Shown here: in pieces, positions 1-25,671 of the stretch | Layout of the letters: each line of letters begins with the position of its first letter | Numbering within the stretch: the first letter of the stretch is position 1 | Source: the human T2T-CHM13v2.0 reference genome, Homo sapiens | Length of the DNA stretch: 64,000 bases | Assembly (NCBI RefSeq): GCF_009914755.1 | Contig: NC_060935.1 | Strand: one strand, 5' to 3' | Program-made: the position numbers and the translations under genes | Notes under the pieces: generated by a model | The model's input: the letters and a program-made list of their open reading frames with translations, nothing else | Database searches by the model: none | What the model was told of the DNA's origin: nothing

Positions 1-369
1 TTTATCTGGGCCCAAGAACCCACAGGCTGAGCCCCAGGGACACCCGTGCAGCTGTACTGGCTCCCAGGGGCTTGCCCGCCATGCTGTCCCTGCTGCCACC
101 TGCTCTTGAGCTTAGGCCTTTCTCAGTGGCCCACTTCAGTGCCGCCCTCGGAGAAGGAGCACCGGGAAGTGCACAAACTGAACTGAGTTACCGCTGGGGC
201 TGGCAGGGGGGTCAGCGGGGGGGGATTTCCACTTTTGACTTGATGAACTTTCACCTAGTTTGCATGTTTTCAAACATGCACTTGTTCCTTCTATGATGTT
301 TAAAATAAATTAAAATACATGGAAAAACAAGACACTTACTTAAAAAAGAACAAAGTTCTACTTCTTTAG

Positions 370-1109
<740 letters not shown>

Positions 1110-1450
1110 TGGAAAAATCCTATTTGAACAAGGTGTAAAGGATTCTGACTCAGAGCAGAAGATGTGAATTCTAGTCTTTACTCTGCCTCCTATTAAGTAG
1201 GTCGCTGGCCCTTTAAGCCTCGATTTCCCAGCCTGCTTTAACGCATGCCAAGTCCCTCCACCTGCCTAATGGAACTGCTCCAAGCATCCAGTGAGCTAAA
1301 GTCTATGTGACGGTGTCCCCAAGCCTTAAGTACCATGGAAACAGGTAAGTGATATGCAGTCGCCAGTCTGAAACACGTAGACCTCAATAGCAGCCAGAGC
1401 CCCGTTCTTAGATATTAAAAGGCATACTGTGTAGATTTCAACAAATCTCA

Positions 1451-1717
<267 letters not shown>

Positions 1718-1843
1718 TTAACAGATTTAATACTTTTCATCAACAGACCAATTCCATCACCACAGCTGGCACCCCCTTGCCTGTCCACCGCTACAAAGAC
1801 AGTCGCCACCTCTGCTTAGAGCCCCAAGATGATCATCAGGAGT

Positions 1844-2174
1844 CAGGCCCGTGGTACCCCAACCCTGGCCCTGGACATTCCCTGGAACCACGCCTCCAAG
1901 CCAGCATCCAGGCCCGTGGTACCTCAACTCTGGCCCTGGACGTCCCCCAGAACCACGCCTCCAAGCCAGCATCCAGGCCCGTGGTACCCCAACCCTGGCC
2001 CTGGACGTCCCCCGGAACCATGCCTCCAAGCCAGCATCCAGGCCCGTGGTACCCCAACCCTGGCCCTGGACATTCCCGGGAACCACGCCTCCAAGCCAGC
2101 ATCCAGGCCCGTGGTACCCCAACCCTGGCCCTGGACGTCCCCCGGAACCACGCCTCCAAGCCAGCATCCAGGCC
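1844..2174. repeat. 65-bp VNTR, 5 copies
   Basis: GGCCCGTGGTACC recurs at 1846, 1911, 1976, 2041 and 2106 (exact 65-bp period). Confidence 0.95.
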
Positions 2175-2878
2175 ACACCTACTGACGTAAAGCCCACGGC
2201 GCTTCAGCAACTCGCACAGCACAGACAAATCTCAATCTTGCAGCCAGGCCCTTGGAGGCTGGCATTAGAAGAGGCCCAGAGTGTCCACGCAGGAGTCCAC
2301 GAAGGAGCCCACGACAGCCCTAGACTCTGAACTTCGAGCGCAGATCAATCCCAAATGCCTCTGCCTCTGGTGTCTGTGTGGCTGCTCTTTCGAGAAACTG
2401 TTCTAGGGTTTCGGAGAGACCCACGAAGACTCCATGAGTCATATGCGCAGACACCTCAAGAATGGGTGTCCACAGACGGAGCGGGCCTTCTTCCTTGGAG
2501 GCAGCGGCTGAAACGGAACGTGCCTTGGCGGCCCCACGGGCTAAACGGATCCCGGGGCGCTGCAGTCCAGACCCAAGCACAGCCCCTGGGGAGAGCATCC
2601 CCTGGCCGGCTGCAGAAAACTGCTTCCGGATCTGCTACATTCTTCCTGTACCCTTCATCCTGGCTCCGGCCGCCTTCCTTCAGGCTCCTTGGCACAGCCG
2701 CTCAGCACAACACAGCCCACCCCCATCCCCTCCTGGACCCCCCGGGGTGGTGGCTCCTGCCCTTCTCACGGTGCCTCCTCCACCTCCTCCCAAGCTGCCT
2801 GCCACAAAGTACTAAATGGATAAAAGAGAAGCTAAGAGGAAAAAACTTTCAAGGACCATAATAAAAATCCAAAAACTC

Positions 2879-3306
2879 GTGTGTGTGTGTGTGGTGTGTG
2901 TGTGTATACGTGTGTGTGGTATGTGTGTGTGGTGTGTGTGGTGTATGTGTGTGGTGTGTGCGTGTGTGGTGTGTGTGTGTGGTGTACATGTGTATATGTG
3001 TGTGTGGTGTGTGTGGGTGTGTGTGTGGTGTGTGTGGTTGTGTGTGTGGGGTGAGTGTGTGTGGTGTGTATGGTGTGTGTGTGGTGTGGGGGGGTGCGTG
3101 GGTGTGTGTGTGGTATGTGTGGGGGGTGGGTGTGTGTGTGGGTGTGTGGTGATGTGTGGTTGTGTGGGGGTGGGTGTGTGTGGGTGCGTGTGTGTGGTTG
3201 TGTGTGTGTGGTGTGTGTGTGTGGGTGTGTGGTGATGTGTGGTTGTGTGGGGGTGTGTGTGTCTGTGTGTGTGTGTGTGGTGTGTGTGTGTGGGTGTGTG
3301 TGCGTG
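2879..3306. repeat. Long degenerate (GT)n/(GTG) microsatellite
   Basis: ~430 bp composed almost entirely of G and T. Confidence 0.95.
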
Positions 3307-3736
3307 TTCTCACCACAGGATGATTTTCCTGTTTTCGCCCACTGATGCCCTCTGAAGGTGAGATCAAAATCAGTGGCTATCACAGTTTCAAAGATCCCCT
3401 GTTACAGAAATCAGCCTGACTCAGTCCTCCACCAGCCAAAACACAGAACCATCCGCTGGCAGGCCCTAGAAAGGCACCCGACTTCAGACATCTGTCCATA
3501 TTACAAATATTTGTTGACTGCCTCCAACGTGCCAGCCGAGGAGAAGAGCTGCACACCAGCAGAAAAGGTCCCTCTGCCCTCCCACAGCTTAGACCGGGCT
3601 AACAAGCAACGCAGGAGCAGTGCTCTGGTGCAGGAAGGGGAGAAGCCGAGGGGACCTCTCAGGAGACAGGGAAGCCAGGAGAAGGAGCAACCATGGGAAG
3701 AGCAGGCAAGAGCTGGAGGCAGGAAGGGCAGGAGGA

Positions 3737-4040
3737 TGGGGTCAAGGGCAGGAAGCTGGGGTCAAGGGCAGGAGGCTGGGGGTCAAGGGCAGGTGTCTGG
3801 GGTCAAGGGCAGGTGGCTGGGGTCAAGGGCAGGGTGGCTGGGGGTCAAGGACAGGCTGTTGGGGGGGGGTCAGTGGCGGGACAGCTAAGGTCAAGAGCAG
3901 GCCAGCGGGGTCAAGGGCAGGGTGTCGGGTCAAAAGCAGGTGTCTGGGGTCAAAGGCAGGGTAGCTGGGGTCAAGGGTAGGGTGTCTAGGGTCAAGCGCA
4001 GGTGGCTGGGGTCGACAGGGTGTCTGGGTTCAAGGACAGG
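3737..4040. repeat. ~20-21-bp G-rich minisatellite (GGGGTCAAGGGCAGG...), ~14 copies
   Basis: Repeated GGGGTCAAGGGCA cores, e.g. near 3738, 3758, 3780, 3799, 3819, 3907. Confidence 0.9.
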
Positions 4041-4640
4041 GGGCCTAGTTTGGAGAGGAAGGCAGAGGCAGCCGGTGGGAGGTGGCAGGGTTTTGTGCTA
4101 GCAATGGAGAAGCATCCAAGGGCCCAGAGAAAGGGGAACCTGCCACTGTTTCTTTTCTAAAGACCACTCTGGCTGCTGTATGGAGTATGGATGGGGATGG
4201 GGAAGCAGGACCAGTTAAGAAGCTGAGGCTGTCTTCCAGGAAGGTGCATGGGCCTGGCCCACTCTGTCAGTGACAGGGACAGTGACAGTGTGGACAATGA
4301 CCCACACAAGACAGTCTGCAGAGGCACCTTGAGCTGCACTTGCTGGTGAAATGGGCCCTCGGGCTCCTGTCTTGAGCCACCCACTCAGTGAAGCCAGGTA
4401 CTGACAAGGGACAGTCTCAGGGAGGGAAGGAGGCAGGCTGGGGCAGAAGCTGAGAATTCATGCCTGGACCTGCCACATGTGAAATGTCACCAGGACATCC
4501 GGGTGGAGATGCCCCACATCGCCAGAGCAAGGGAGGAGCTGGGCAAGACGACACACCCGGGAGGTATCAGCACAGAACCTGCCAGCTCTGCCTCAATGAC
4601 TCGGAAAGAGTAATTTGGCAAAACTACATTCCACCAGCTA

Positions 4641-5499
<859 letters not shown>

Positions 5500-6097
5500 T
5501 AACTCTTAGCCCCCTTCCCCATCAAAGCCTTCGCAGTAACCATGAGGAAGGCATCCCAGAAGAGGACTCTGCAAAGCATGCACGGTGGCAAATAAAGTGA
5601 CGTGACTGGCTACCTCTGCACGATTGATAAGATCTCCTGGGCTTCATACAGAACACAAAGGCATTATTCATGGCAGTGGATTAAATATAGCGTCTGTAGC
5701 CAAGTCCCTCCAAAGTTATGTATCCAACACTTGCTCAGAAATCTAACCTCTGATAGGAAGAGTCAGACTGGAGGTAATTATAGTGTCCTTTCTAGGAGTG
5801 AAACGCCCTCGCAGAGCGATCTGAGTTTAATGAAGGACTTGTTTATTTGGACTGGTTCAGGGTAACCCTAAGAGTTCTAAATGCCCCTAAGGTGCACAAT
5901 TTGTTTTTCTACTTCTGCAGGAGCTGAGATGGGCTGTCCTGACCTAGCCTCTCCCTCTTTGAGCCATGAGCAGAAATGAGTGAATCCAACAAGGGCCAGA
6001 GGAGCTCCCTGTGCAAATGTAATGAGCGCAAATCCCACCCTGGGTTCTGGCCTGGATCAGTGGCCTTATGCTTAAAAACACTGATATAGCCGCACCT

Positions 6098-7981
<1,884 letters not shown>

Positions 7982-8029
7982 AAGTGTAAGACTGCCTCCT
8001 GTGGCCAATAGGGAGTGCAGATCTAAACC

Positions 8030-10600
<2,571 letters not shown>

Positions 10601-10685
10601 CTCATTCAAAACAACTGTTACCTCATGGCATTAAGGAATTTCTGTGAATTATCTTTTAGGTATTACAAGATATTGTGGTTATGTT

Positions 10686-11195
<510 letters not shown>

Positions 11196-12226
11196 TAATT
11201 TTATCTTTTATCATATCTGGGACTTGCTTCAAAATCACTTGGGGTGGGAAAAATGGAGGGACGGGTAGGAAGGAGCCATGTGTGAGAACGGGTGAAGGGC
11301 AGGGCTGTGCAAGCCCGGTAGGTAAGTGTCTCTTCTACGCACATTTGAGATCTCCTGATGTTTTAGAATGTGTTGAATGAAATGAAACATTCATCTGCTG
11401 CAATTGGAGCTCAAAAATCTCATGTTTGGAGAGCTCCTCAGATACTCCAAGTGCCCCAGGTGCCCACCTCCCAGGAAGGGAAGCACACACTTCTCACCCC
11501 ATAGCCCACCCAATACAACAGGGCTGGCAGCAGAGAAACGGCGTAACCCATCCGGAGCCAGGGAAGATAAAACCAGGAGGAGCAAAGGTTTCCGGGGCCA
11601 GAGCATGTGGAAAGTTGGCCATGCCCAAGCCCCCTTACCCCGTCCCCACTACCCACAATCTGGAAATACCTGAACAGTCACCACCTGCTTGCCCAACCCA
11701 ACAGGATTTTTATGACCCTGGTGTAAAAAGGATGAGAAAGGAAAAGCAGGGCCTCCCCCCAGTGCCCGCCTCCCCGAGTGCCCGCCTCCCTCCAGTGCCT
11801 GCCCCCCACCTCACCCAGCCAGCCTCTTCCAGGTGCTTCCTCTTCAGGCAGGAGGCCACACTCCTGGCCCACGCAGGGACTTCACCTCTCCCCAGAAGGG
11901 GGCACACCTGCTCCCTGCCTTTCACCCAGCTGGGAGTGGATGCAGAGTGGCAGCTTCTCCCACCTCTGAGTCACCGGAAACAAAGCCGGGGGACTGCAGA
12001 AGACACGGGCACCATGGCTTCACAGAGGCCAACCCACCCCAGTGAGTGCCACCCAGCTCCTGGGCCAGCCTCACTCACTCCAGACACAGGGCAGAGGGTT
12101 CCTAATGTCTCTAAAACCGAGGAACTCATAAGAATGGTAACCAGATAAAGCCATTCGCACCACACCCGCCTTCCCTCCCTGGCCCTGGAGAGTAGAGGGC
12201 CCCAGACCAGAGTCTGAGAGTGGTCA

Positions 12227-12902
<676 letters not shown>

Positions 12903-13180
12903 TTAGCACAAACGGGATTCCTCAAAGTAAATCGGGTCTGCGGCCTCACCACACTGGCATAAACAGGACTGGGACTACAGGTGGCTAACCTCACCTTCCT
13001 GGAAACAGACAGCAGCCAGGTGAGGCAGGTGAGCAGCTGAGACTGGGATGGGCAGACGACAAGCCCAGGGCCAAGGGCGCAAAGCTCTTCCAAGGACCTG
13101 GTGCTTAGGGAGGAGGAGTGGGGGTGAGGTGGGGTGTCCAGGTGGAAGAACGCCAGTCACTAATAAATTCCTGGACCTCA

Positions 13181-13780
<600 letters not shown>

Positions 13781-16109
13781 TGCAAAAATTTCTAAGATGC
13801 AATAGATACAACCTCCTCTCCCTGTCCCCAGAATGCGGGGCTCATCTTTCCCTACGTATTTGAGTATCTACAAGTGCATACAGTGCCACCACACACGTGC
13901 GAGGCACACACAAATGCTGCCTACTCTGTGCGCGGTCCTGCAACTTGCTTCTCGTCCACATTGAGTTCCAAGCTGCCCCACGCCCACCTACACAGCCCTG
14001 GCCCTGCTGTCCTGCACCCCCCTGCTGGCAGGAACCAGTCTGCTCTTGTGTCCCTGCTGGGGCTCAGGGAACTTCTCTGTTCACTTTTTCACTGTTGCAA
14101 ACAAAGAAGCAGACAGTGGCCTTGTCCATGTTGCAGCATCGTATTTTAATGGGAGTAGAAAAAGAGCATAGTGTTCGTGGGCACCCCTGGCCTCTGGGGC
14201 AGACTTCCTTATGCCTGCCCTGCCCTGCCTGCTCTACCAAAGTTCCAGCTCCTTCTTGATGTGGTCATCCTGCCCTCTTTGCCCTTGCTGAAGTCCCACC
14301 AGCTGCTCGACACCCCATCTCCCTGTGTCTCCCAAGTCAGCTTTCCCAAGGCGTCTGAGTGCCCTGCCCACCTCGCCATCGCTGCCACATCGGCCCCAGC
14401 CAGGGGCTTCTTGGAGAGGGGGGCATACTCCACCACTTTGCAGCCTGTGTTCCTTCCGCTTCTGTGTGTCCAGAATGGGCCACCTGTCCGCTACAGCCAG
14501 GCCTGGGTCAGGGCCCCCCCCACCTCCCACCTGCGTGGGAGTCCCTCACCAGGCTCACTGCGTCTTCCCCTCCCCAGCACCTTTCATCGAGGGCAGGAGG
14601 CCAGGGCACCCATATGTTACAACTCCCCTTCCCGGAAGCCTTCCCTGGGGTCTTGGGCACACCCTGCCAGACTGGGCACTGTGGCTGGGAGCCCCAGCAC
14701 GCTGGGAGAAGGGCCCTTAGGCCAGCTGGCAGCCAGGCCTGCGTCTGGATCCAGGCCACCAACACTGGGCAGCCTCTTTGCTCACCCCTTCAGCCTTCCT
14801 GAGGCTGTAGTGAGGAGGGTGGCAGGGGCATGGCATGGCCTGAGGCTTGGGCAAGCAGGCGTCCGCCTCCTCTGGCTGGTGGGGGCTCTGCCACATCCCA
14901 CTCACGGTGTACAACTAAACCGTTAGTCTCTGTGGGCCAGCCCCACTTCCCGTTCCTTCTTCCTCCTGGGGGAGGCCACCAGGCACGCAAGCTGGCCCCG
15001 GTCCATCTGCTGCTGCCTTGGGCCCCTCTGGCTTCTGAACTAGTAGGTGGCTCCCCCTGCACCCTGGGAGTCAGCCAGCCCCCCAGGACTTTAGCTTCAA
15101 CCTGAGCACACTGCACCTGACCTTCCAAGCACGTCTTCACCCAGCCAAAACTTCACCAGCTGACAATGAATCTCACCACCTGTCCACGTGCCCGCATCCT
15201 CCCCAGGGTTTCTCTTACTGAGAACACCGGCACCTGCCCTGCCTGGGAAGAAGCAGGGATGGACTAGGGGTGTTCACTCCAGTCCCCAGAACCTGCTGAT
15301 GTGAAGGTCCCCGGGCCGCGTGTCCCACCAGCAACACGTCCGCTCTACAGCCCAGCCTTCCTTTCTCCAAGCCACCCCCATACAGAGACTTCCCAGAGAG
15401 ACCTGCCCAACGGCTCTTTAATCCACGTCACCCCAGGGGCCGGCCTATCTGCAGCCCCTCTCCTTCTGTGATTTTCTTCCATGCCCAGGTATCGGAGACA
15501 TATCACAGCCCTGGTGGGAAAAGGTGGTGTCCCGGGGGACAAAGTTTACACAGCGTGACCATTGGGATCCAAGCTGCACGGCAGGGCGTGCACCTGTGCC
15601 CCAAGTTCAAGGATGGCTAGAGGAGAGAACGCTTTTACTGGAAAGGCAGAAAAGAGGAGGAAGAAAAGTTAAAAGGAAGAAATGAGAAAATACAGAAAAA
15701 TACAGATGGATGAAAAGGGAACTTAACCTCTCCCCTGTCACTCACTCGTTCTCACAAATCATCGCGGAGCCCTCGGACGGGAATCCCGAACTAGCCCTGG
15801 GAATGGACTCGTGGAGGAGGCAGCTCTGGGTAAGTAAAACAGGAGGACCCTTGGGTGCTGTTCCTGACCTAAGACCCCTCCTTGCTGTGTGCCCCTGGGC
15901 CAGCTATGGAGTAAATCGGAGGTGGCGGCAACACCCCGGCGGCCTCCACCACACCAAAAACAACACATCGTCTGGCATTGTCATGGGGCCGCGGATGTGT
16001 CTATTTTCACTGAAAGTACAGAAATCACTTCTGAGAAGCTGGCATGGTGGCTGGGGCCTGGCCTGTACCTCTGCCCCAAGTGGACACGAGCCCTGAAAGG
16101 CTGAGTGGG

Positions 16110-16405
16110 AGGCCAGGTGCAGTGGCTCACACCTGAAATCCCAGCACTTTGGGAGGGCAAGATGGGAAGATTGCTTGAGTCCAGGAGTTCAAGACCAGCC
16201 TGGCCAACGTGGCAAAACTCCTTCTCTGCCAAAAATACAAAAAATTAGCTGGATGTGGTGGCGCACACCGGTGGTCCTAGCCATTCTGGTGGCTGAGGTG
16301 GGAAGATTTCTTGTGTCTGGGAGGTCGAGGCTGCAGCAAGCCCGGACTGTGCCACTGCACTCCAGCCTGGGCAACAGAGTGAGACCCTGTCTCAAAAAAA
16401 ATAAA
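16110..16405 (+). mobile_element. AluJ-like element
   Basis: Alu consensus with TSD GAAAGGCTGAGTGGG. Confidence 0.88.
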
Positions 16406-17440
16406 AGAAAGGCTGAGTGGGGTTGGGGGATTGGGGGTGGAGATCGCCCACCTGGAGCCCACCTGCTGGGAGCTCACACAGACCTCCTTGCCCGGAGCAC
16501 ACGGGGTGCCCACCAACTCCCAGGTGGAGCATGGGAGCCAGGCCACATGCCATCCTGGAGGCTATGATGGGACTCATCACTGAGGTCTGTGCCATAGCAC
16601 TTAAGCACCTTATGCTAATCTGCTCTCGGAACCACACAGAGATGCAGAATAAGAGGCCCCAGCCAAGGCTGCAACCCCTTCATCACAATTGTCACAAATC
16701 CGCTGTCCCGTCTCCAGCTCACCTATTCCATGGTTGTTCCTACCACCTTCCAAGCTCAGCTCTCCCTGTCACCTGCCCCTCCGCCAGGCCCACCAGCCTT
16801 GACCTATGCCACTAACTGGCTCGCAGCTGGGAAGTCTTCAGCTCTTTTTCCATTTCTGTTTTCTCCTTTCTTCATACTTAGCTTAAAGCTCCCAGCACTT
16901 TAGGGGGCAGCCCACGAATCCAAACTCCCCAAGAAATTCTACAAGAGACATTTAGCAATGTCACCTGCACCAGCTGGCAAATGACCTTCACTTGTGAGTT
17001 ATGTGTCCAGTCTTCCAAATACACTTCTCAAGGACATGAATCCTTGTGTCATCCGAATTGAATCCTGAAGACTATGGACAGTTCTCCAACGCTGAATGCT
17101 ACATCAACAATCGTGGGGGGGAAGGTGATAACACATCTTCAATTTTGCTTACGATTAACTTCATTTTAACAACTTTGCTCAATATCCCCCAAATCCTTGG
17201 CCAATAAACTGCTCTGGTACTTTGTTTTTTGAAAGTGTTCACTTTGTTCCCTTTCTCCATAATCAATTCCTTTTAACCAAAACCTTTCACCTCTTTCGAA
17301 GTCATTGGCCTATGAATCCTAACACTGGCCACGTAATCAAGAAGACACTCAACACAGGTCCCTATGCCCTTTGAGCAAACCTCCCCACTCCTGCACCCCC
17401 AGTCCTGCAGAGCTGAGACAGGCAGGTGGCTGAGGAAAGC

Positions 17441-17453
17441 AGGTGAAAGGTCA
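17441..17453 (+). promoter_or_regulatory. Second intronic DR1 (AGGTGA-A-AGGTCA)
   Basis: DR1 with one mismatch and AAGC 5' flank, in unique sequence; motif match only. Confidence 0.4.
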
Positions 17454-17709
17454 GCTTGATGCACCGTGCATTGCCAGGTTTCAAAACACGCCCAAGGAAA
17501 ATGGAGATATGGGACTTGCCTCTGTAATATAAAACAAACAATAAAACTTGATACGTGACAACGGACTTCCAAGAAAATGGTCTTTATAGCAACTGAAATA
17601 TGTAAATAATTTCTGAGTGGGGCAGAAGTCTTTCAACACAGCCTTGCAATCAACACGTATGGAGATACTAATAGATAGGTGTGTGGGAAGGTAGGTAGGT
17701 AAGACATAA

Positions 17710-18670
<961 letters not shown>

Positions 18671-19591
18671 CTACTTAGGATTCCTAAAGTTACAACACAG
18701 ATATAAAATTAGGTCACTGTTGTAACCAAAATGATGAGATTGCAGCCAGCAATAAAACTCCAGTAAGTATAAACACCATCAGTGCCAACTGTAAAATTAT
18801 TCACATGCTGCAGTCTTCCCACTAGCATTGCACAGTGCCCATGCACACAGGAGCAGGCTCTGCTTTCTATTCAAACCTAGCTAACAGCTGCCCATCTCCT
18901 CCAGCGGTAAACAACTATGTTGGAAATCCTCTGAGAAAATGTTACCCATGGGAAGCGACAGCTTAGCTCAGCAGGAATACCAGGCAGGGCCTCTAGGAAC
19001 AGAGAAAGTGTGAGGCTGGATGACATGGGCCTCATCCCTGGAAAAACTGGAGAAGGCGCTGTAGGCAGGGTCAGAAGCAGTGTCTCTGGCGAAGGGCAGG
19101 GCAGTTATCTCATCATCTACAACACATTCTTGGATGCCCGGGTGACCAATGCCTGGGAAGATTCTGCTTCGCTAGAAAGCTAGTGCCAGCCTCCGGGACT
19201 GGCTCCAGCTCGGGGAAACCACCTTCACAACATGCATGATTTCCAAGGTGGCAAAAATCTGGCCTGGCCTCCTCACTGCTGCCCAAAGAACTTCAAGGGA
19301 AGTACCAGGAAGGCTCTGGAAGGACAGCAGCAGCCCAGGGGGTTCCCTAGAACTAGCACACATGTGCAGTAAAGTTCATGGCTCTTCTGAACTGAGATGC
19401 AGGCAAAAATTAGCAATAATGGGAAGGAAGAAAAGCAGCAGCTCCTCTTCTCCAGGCAAGTGTGGGTGTGCGCTCTCTGCACTGTATGAGCCACATCGTT
19501 ATTCAATTGCAGATATGCACATCTGTAATGGTGCCCTTGTACTTTTCCAGTAAATGTGTATACACACAAACAGAAGTTGTTTCCCAAACTT

Positions 19592-21130
<1,539 letters not shown>

Positions 21131-22181
21131 TAAGCCAATTCAAATTTAGACCTTATAGTGCACCACGTCAATAAGTAATGGTTAGATAAATACAGACAAA
21201 TATGATCTTAGAAAAAAAATTTGGAAAAGCCACAAAGATTCACAATTTTATAAAGAAGATAGCCAACGTATTGACAGACCCAGTTATCTGACCTAGCTAT
21301 TCAGAAGCCCACCAGAAGTTTAACAGCTGCTACTTCTTTCCCACTGTGCCTGCCCTGCCTCTAGCCAGCATCGGCACTCGGGCACGAGCTCAGACTGCAA
21401 GGAGGAGACCTGCACCTGCCCAAAGGACATCCTAAACCTCCTCTTCGTACCAGTATATTGTTCCCACAAATGTCCCTAAGACAACAGGAGCGGTGTCCCC
21501 TGTATCTCCCATGCATATTCTTCACCTTTGCACAGAATATAACAACTTGAACTTCTAATTCAAACTGAACTTGAACTGAACTTCTAATGTGGGGACTGCA
21601 AAATACATTGGTGTCCCTAAATGCCGCCTGCAGCCAGGACATTGTTTGCTAGAGCCTGTATTTACTTTACACACTCAAAACTCTCTTCACATCTGACCTC
21701 TGATTGGATCCTCACAAAACTCGTGTGACATGGAATGACAGGTTCAGACCCACCACCTTACAGATGAGGAAATGGAAACCCAGAAACCCTAGAGGCGGAT
21801 TCAGTGCCACACCCAGTCTGCATGGGGTAGGGAGTGGGGGCCTCCAAAACCCAGGCCCTCTGGCTGCCCAGTGGTCTGGGAAGCAGCCTGGGAAAGGGAA
21901 AGAAAACACACAGATCTGGGTTCAAATCCCAGCTCTACCAATTACTCAGACCTGTGACCTTGAGCAAGTATTTGCCTCACATAAAGTATGCAGGACGCCC
22001 TTACCTCCTCCGGCAAACTGCAGGAGGACGTGGCAGCCAGCTCTGACACCTGTTAGGTCTTTACTGCAGGAACACGTTCTTTGTCCCTTTCCAACTGTAG
22101 CCCTGTGGTGCCAATGCAAACCCTCTAGGAATGTGGATTTCTCTTCCTACCTGTTGCACCCCCACCCCATGCCAAATCTCA

Positions 22182-24985
<2,804 letters not shown>

Positions 24986-25495
24986 CCCATCTGTGCCTCT
25001 TTAACTTTGCATCGTATGCTTATATCGCTTATTTGTAAAAACAAAACAAAACAAAAGTCTTCACAAGAAAAGCTCAAGACTGGCAGAAGACAAGTGAGGC
25101 CTCTTTAAAGTGTGTTGGAGAGATTCTCGAGAGATTCTCTCCAACACACTTTAAACAAACAATCTCGAACAGCCATTTTAATTCTTAAAGCACCAATTCT
25201 TCCGGAATTCAAGTTCAGGCTTCCACCAGCAACAGAATTCTGGCCTGCCAATAATAACCATGCAGAGTGACTAAACATTTTTTCCAACAAAGGAAAAAAT
25301 GCAAACGATCAAAGTGCAGAAGCAGCCCTTGGCCCGCGCAGGCTCCGGTTTCCGCCTCCCGCCGCCGCTGCCACCGCCCCTGCGCCTTTAGATTTCGGGC
25401 AGCAAGTTTAATTGCTCGCTTGGAAAGCGTCCTCGGAAGGGCACCGCCAGCAACTGCGGCTTCGCGCCCCGCCCCTTCCCCCAAGCCCCGGGCGG

Positions 25496-25507
25496 CGTCA
25501 CGTGACG
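25496..25507. promoter_or_regulatory. Palindromic E-box CGTCACGTGACG (USF/TFEB CLEAR-type, with CRE half-sites)
   Basis: Perfect 12-bp palindrome containing GTCACGTGAC. Confidence 0.6.
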
Positions 25508-25515
25508 GCTGAGAA

Positions 25516-25532
25516 AAGTAGGGGAAAGGTCA
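25516..25532 (+). promoter_or_regulatory. PPAR response element (DR1) AAGT-AGGGGA-A-AGGTCA
   Basis: DR1 with A-rich 5' extension typical of PPAR/RXR sites. Fatty-acid/PPARalpha induction of CPT1A through an intronic element is established; that this is the same site is inference. Confidence 0.75.
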
Positions 25533-25671
25533 GCAGCAGCCCCGCCCCCAGGCTGGCGCGTCCCAGGCGCTCGGATCCTGTTCCACCCGCCGTGCCCACA
25601 GAGACCTTCCGGAGCGAGTTGGCGCGCGTCCCTGTGGCCACCCCAGCGACAGCGGGAGAAATGCAACGCAC

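Noticed and set aside
2816-3383. Cys/Val- and His/Thr-rich ORFs
   Set aside because: Translations of the GT microsatellite.
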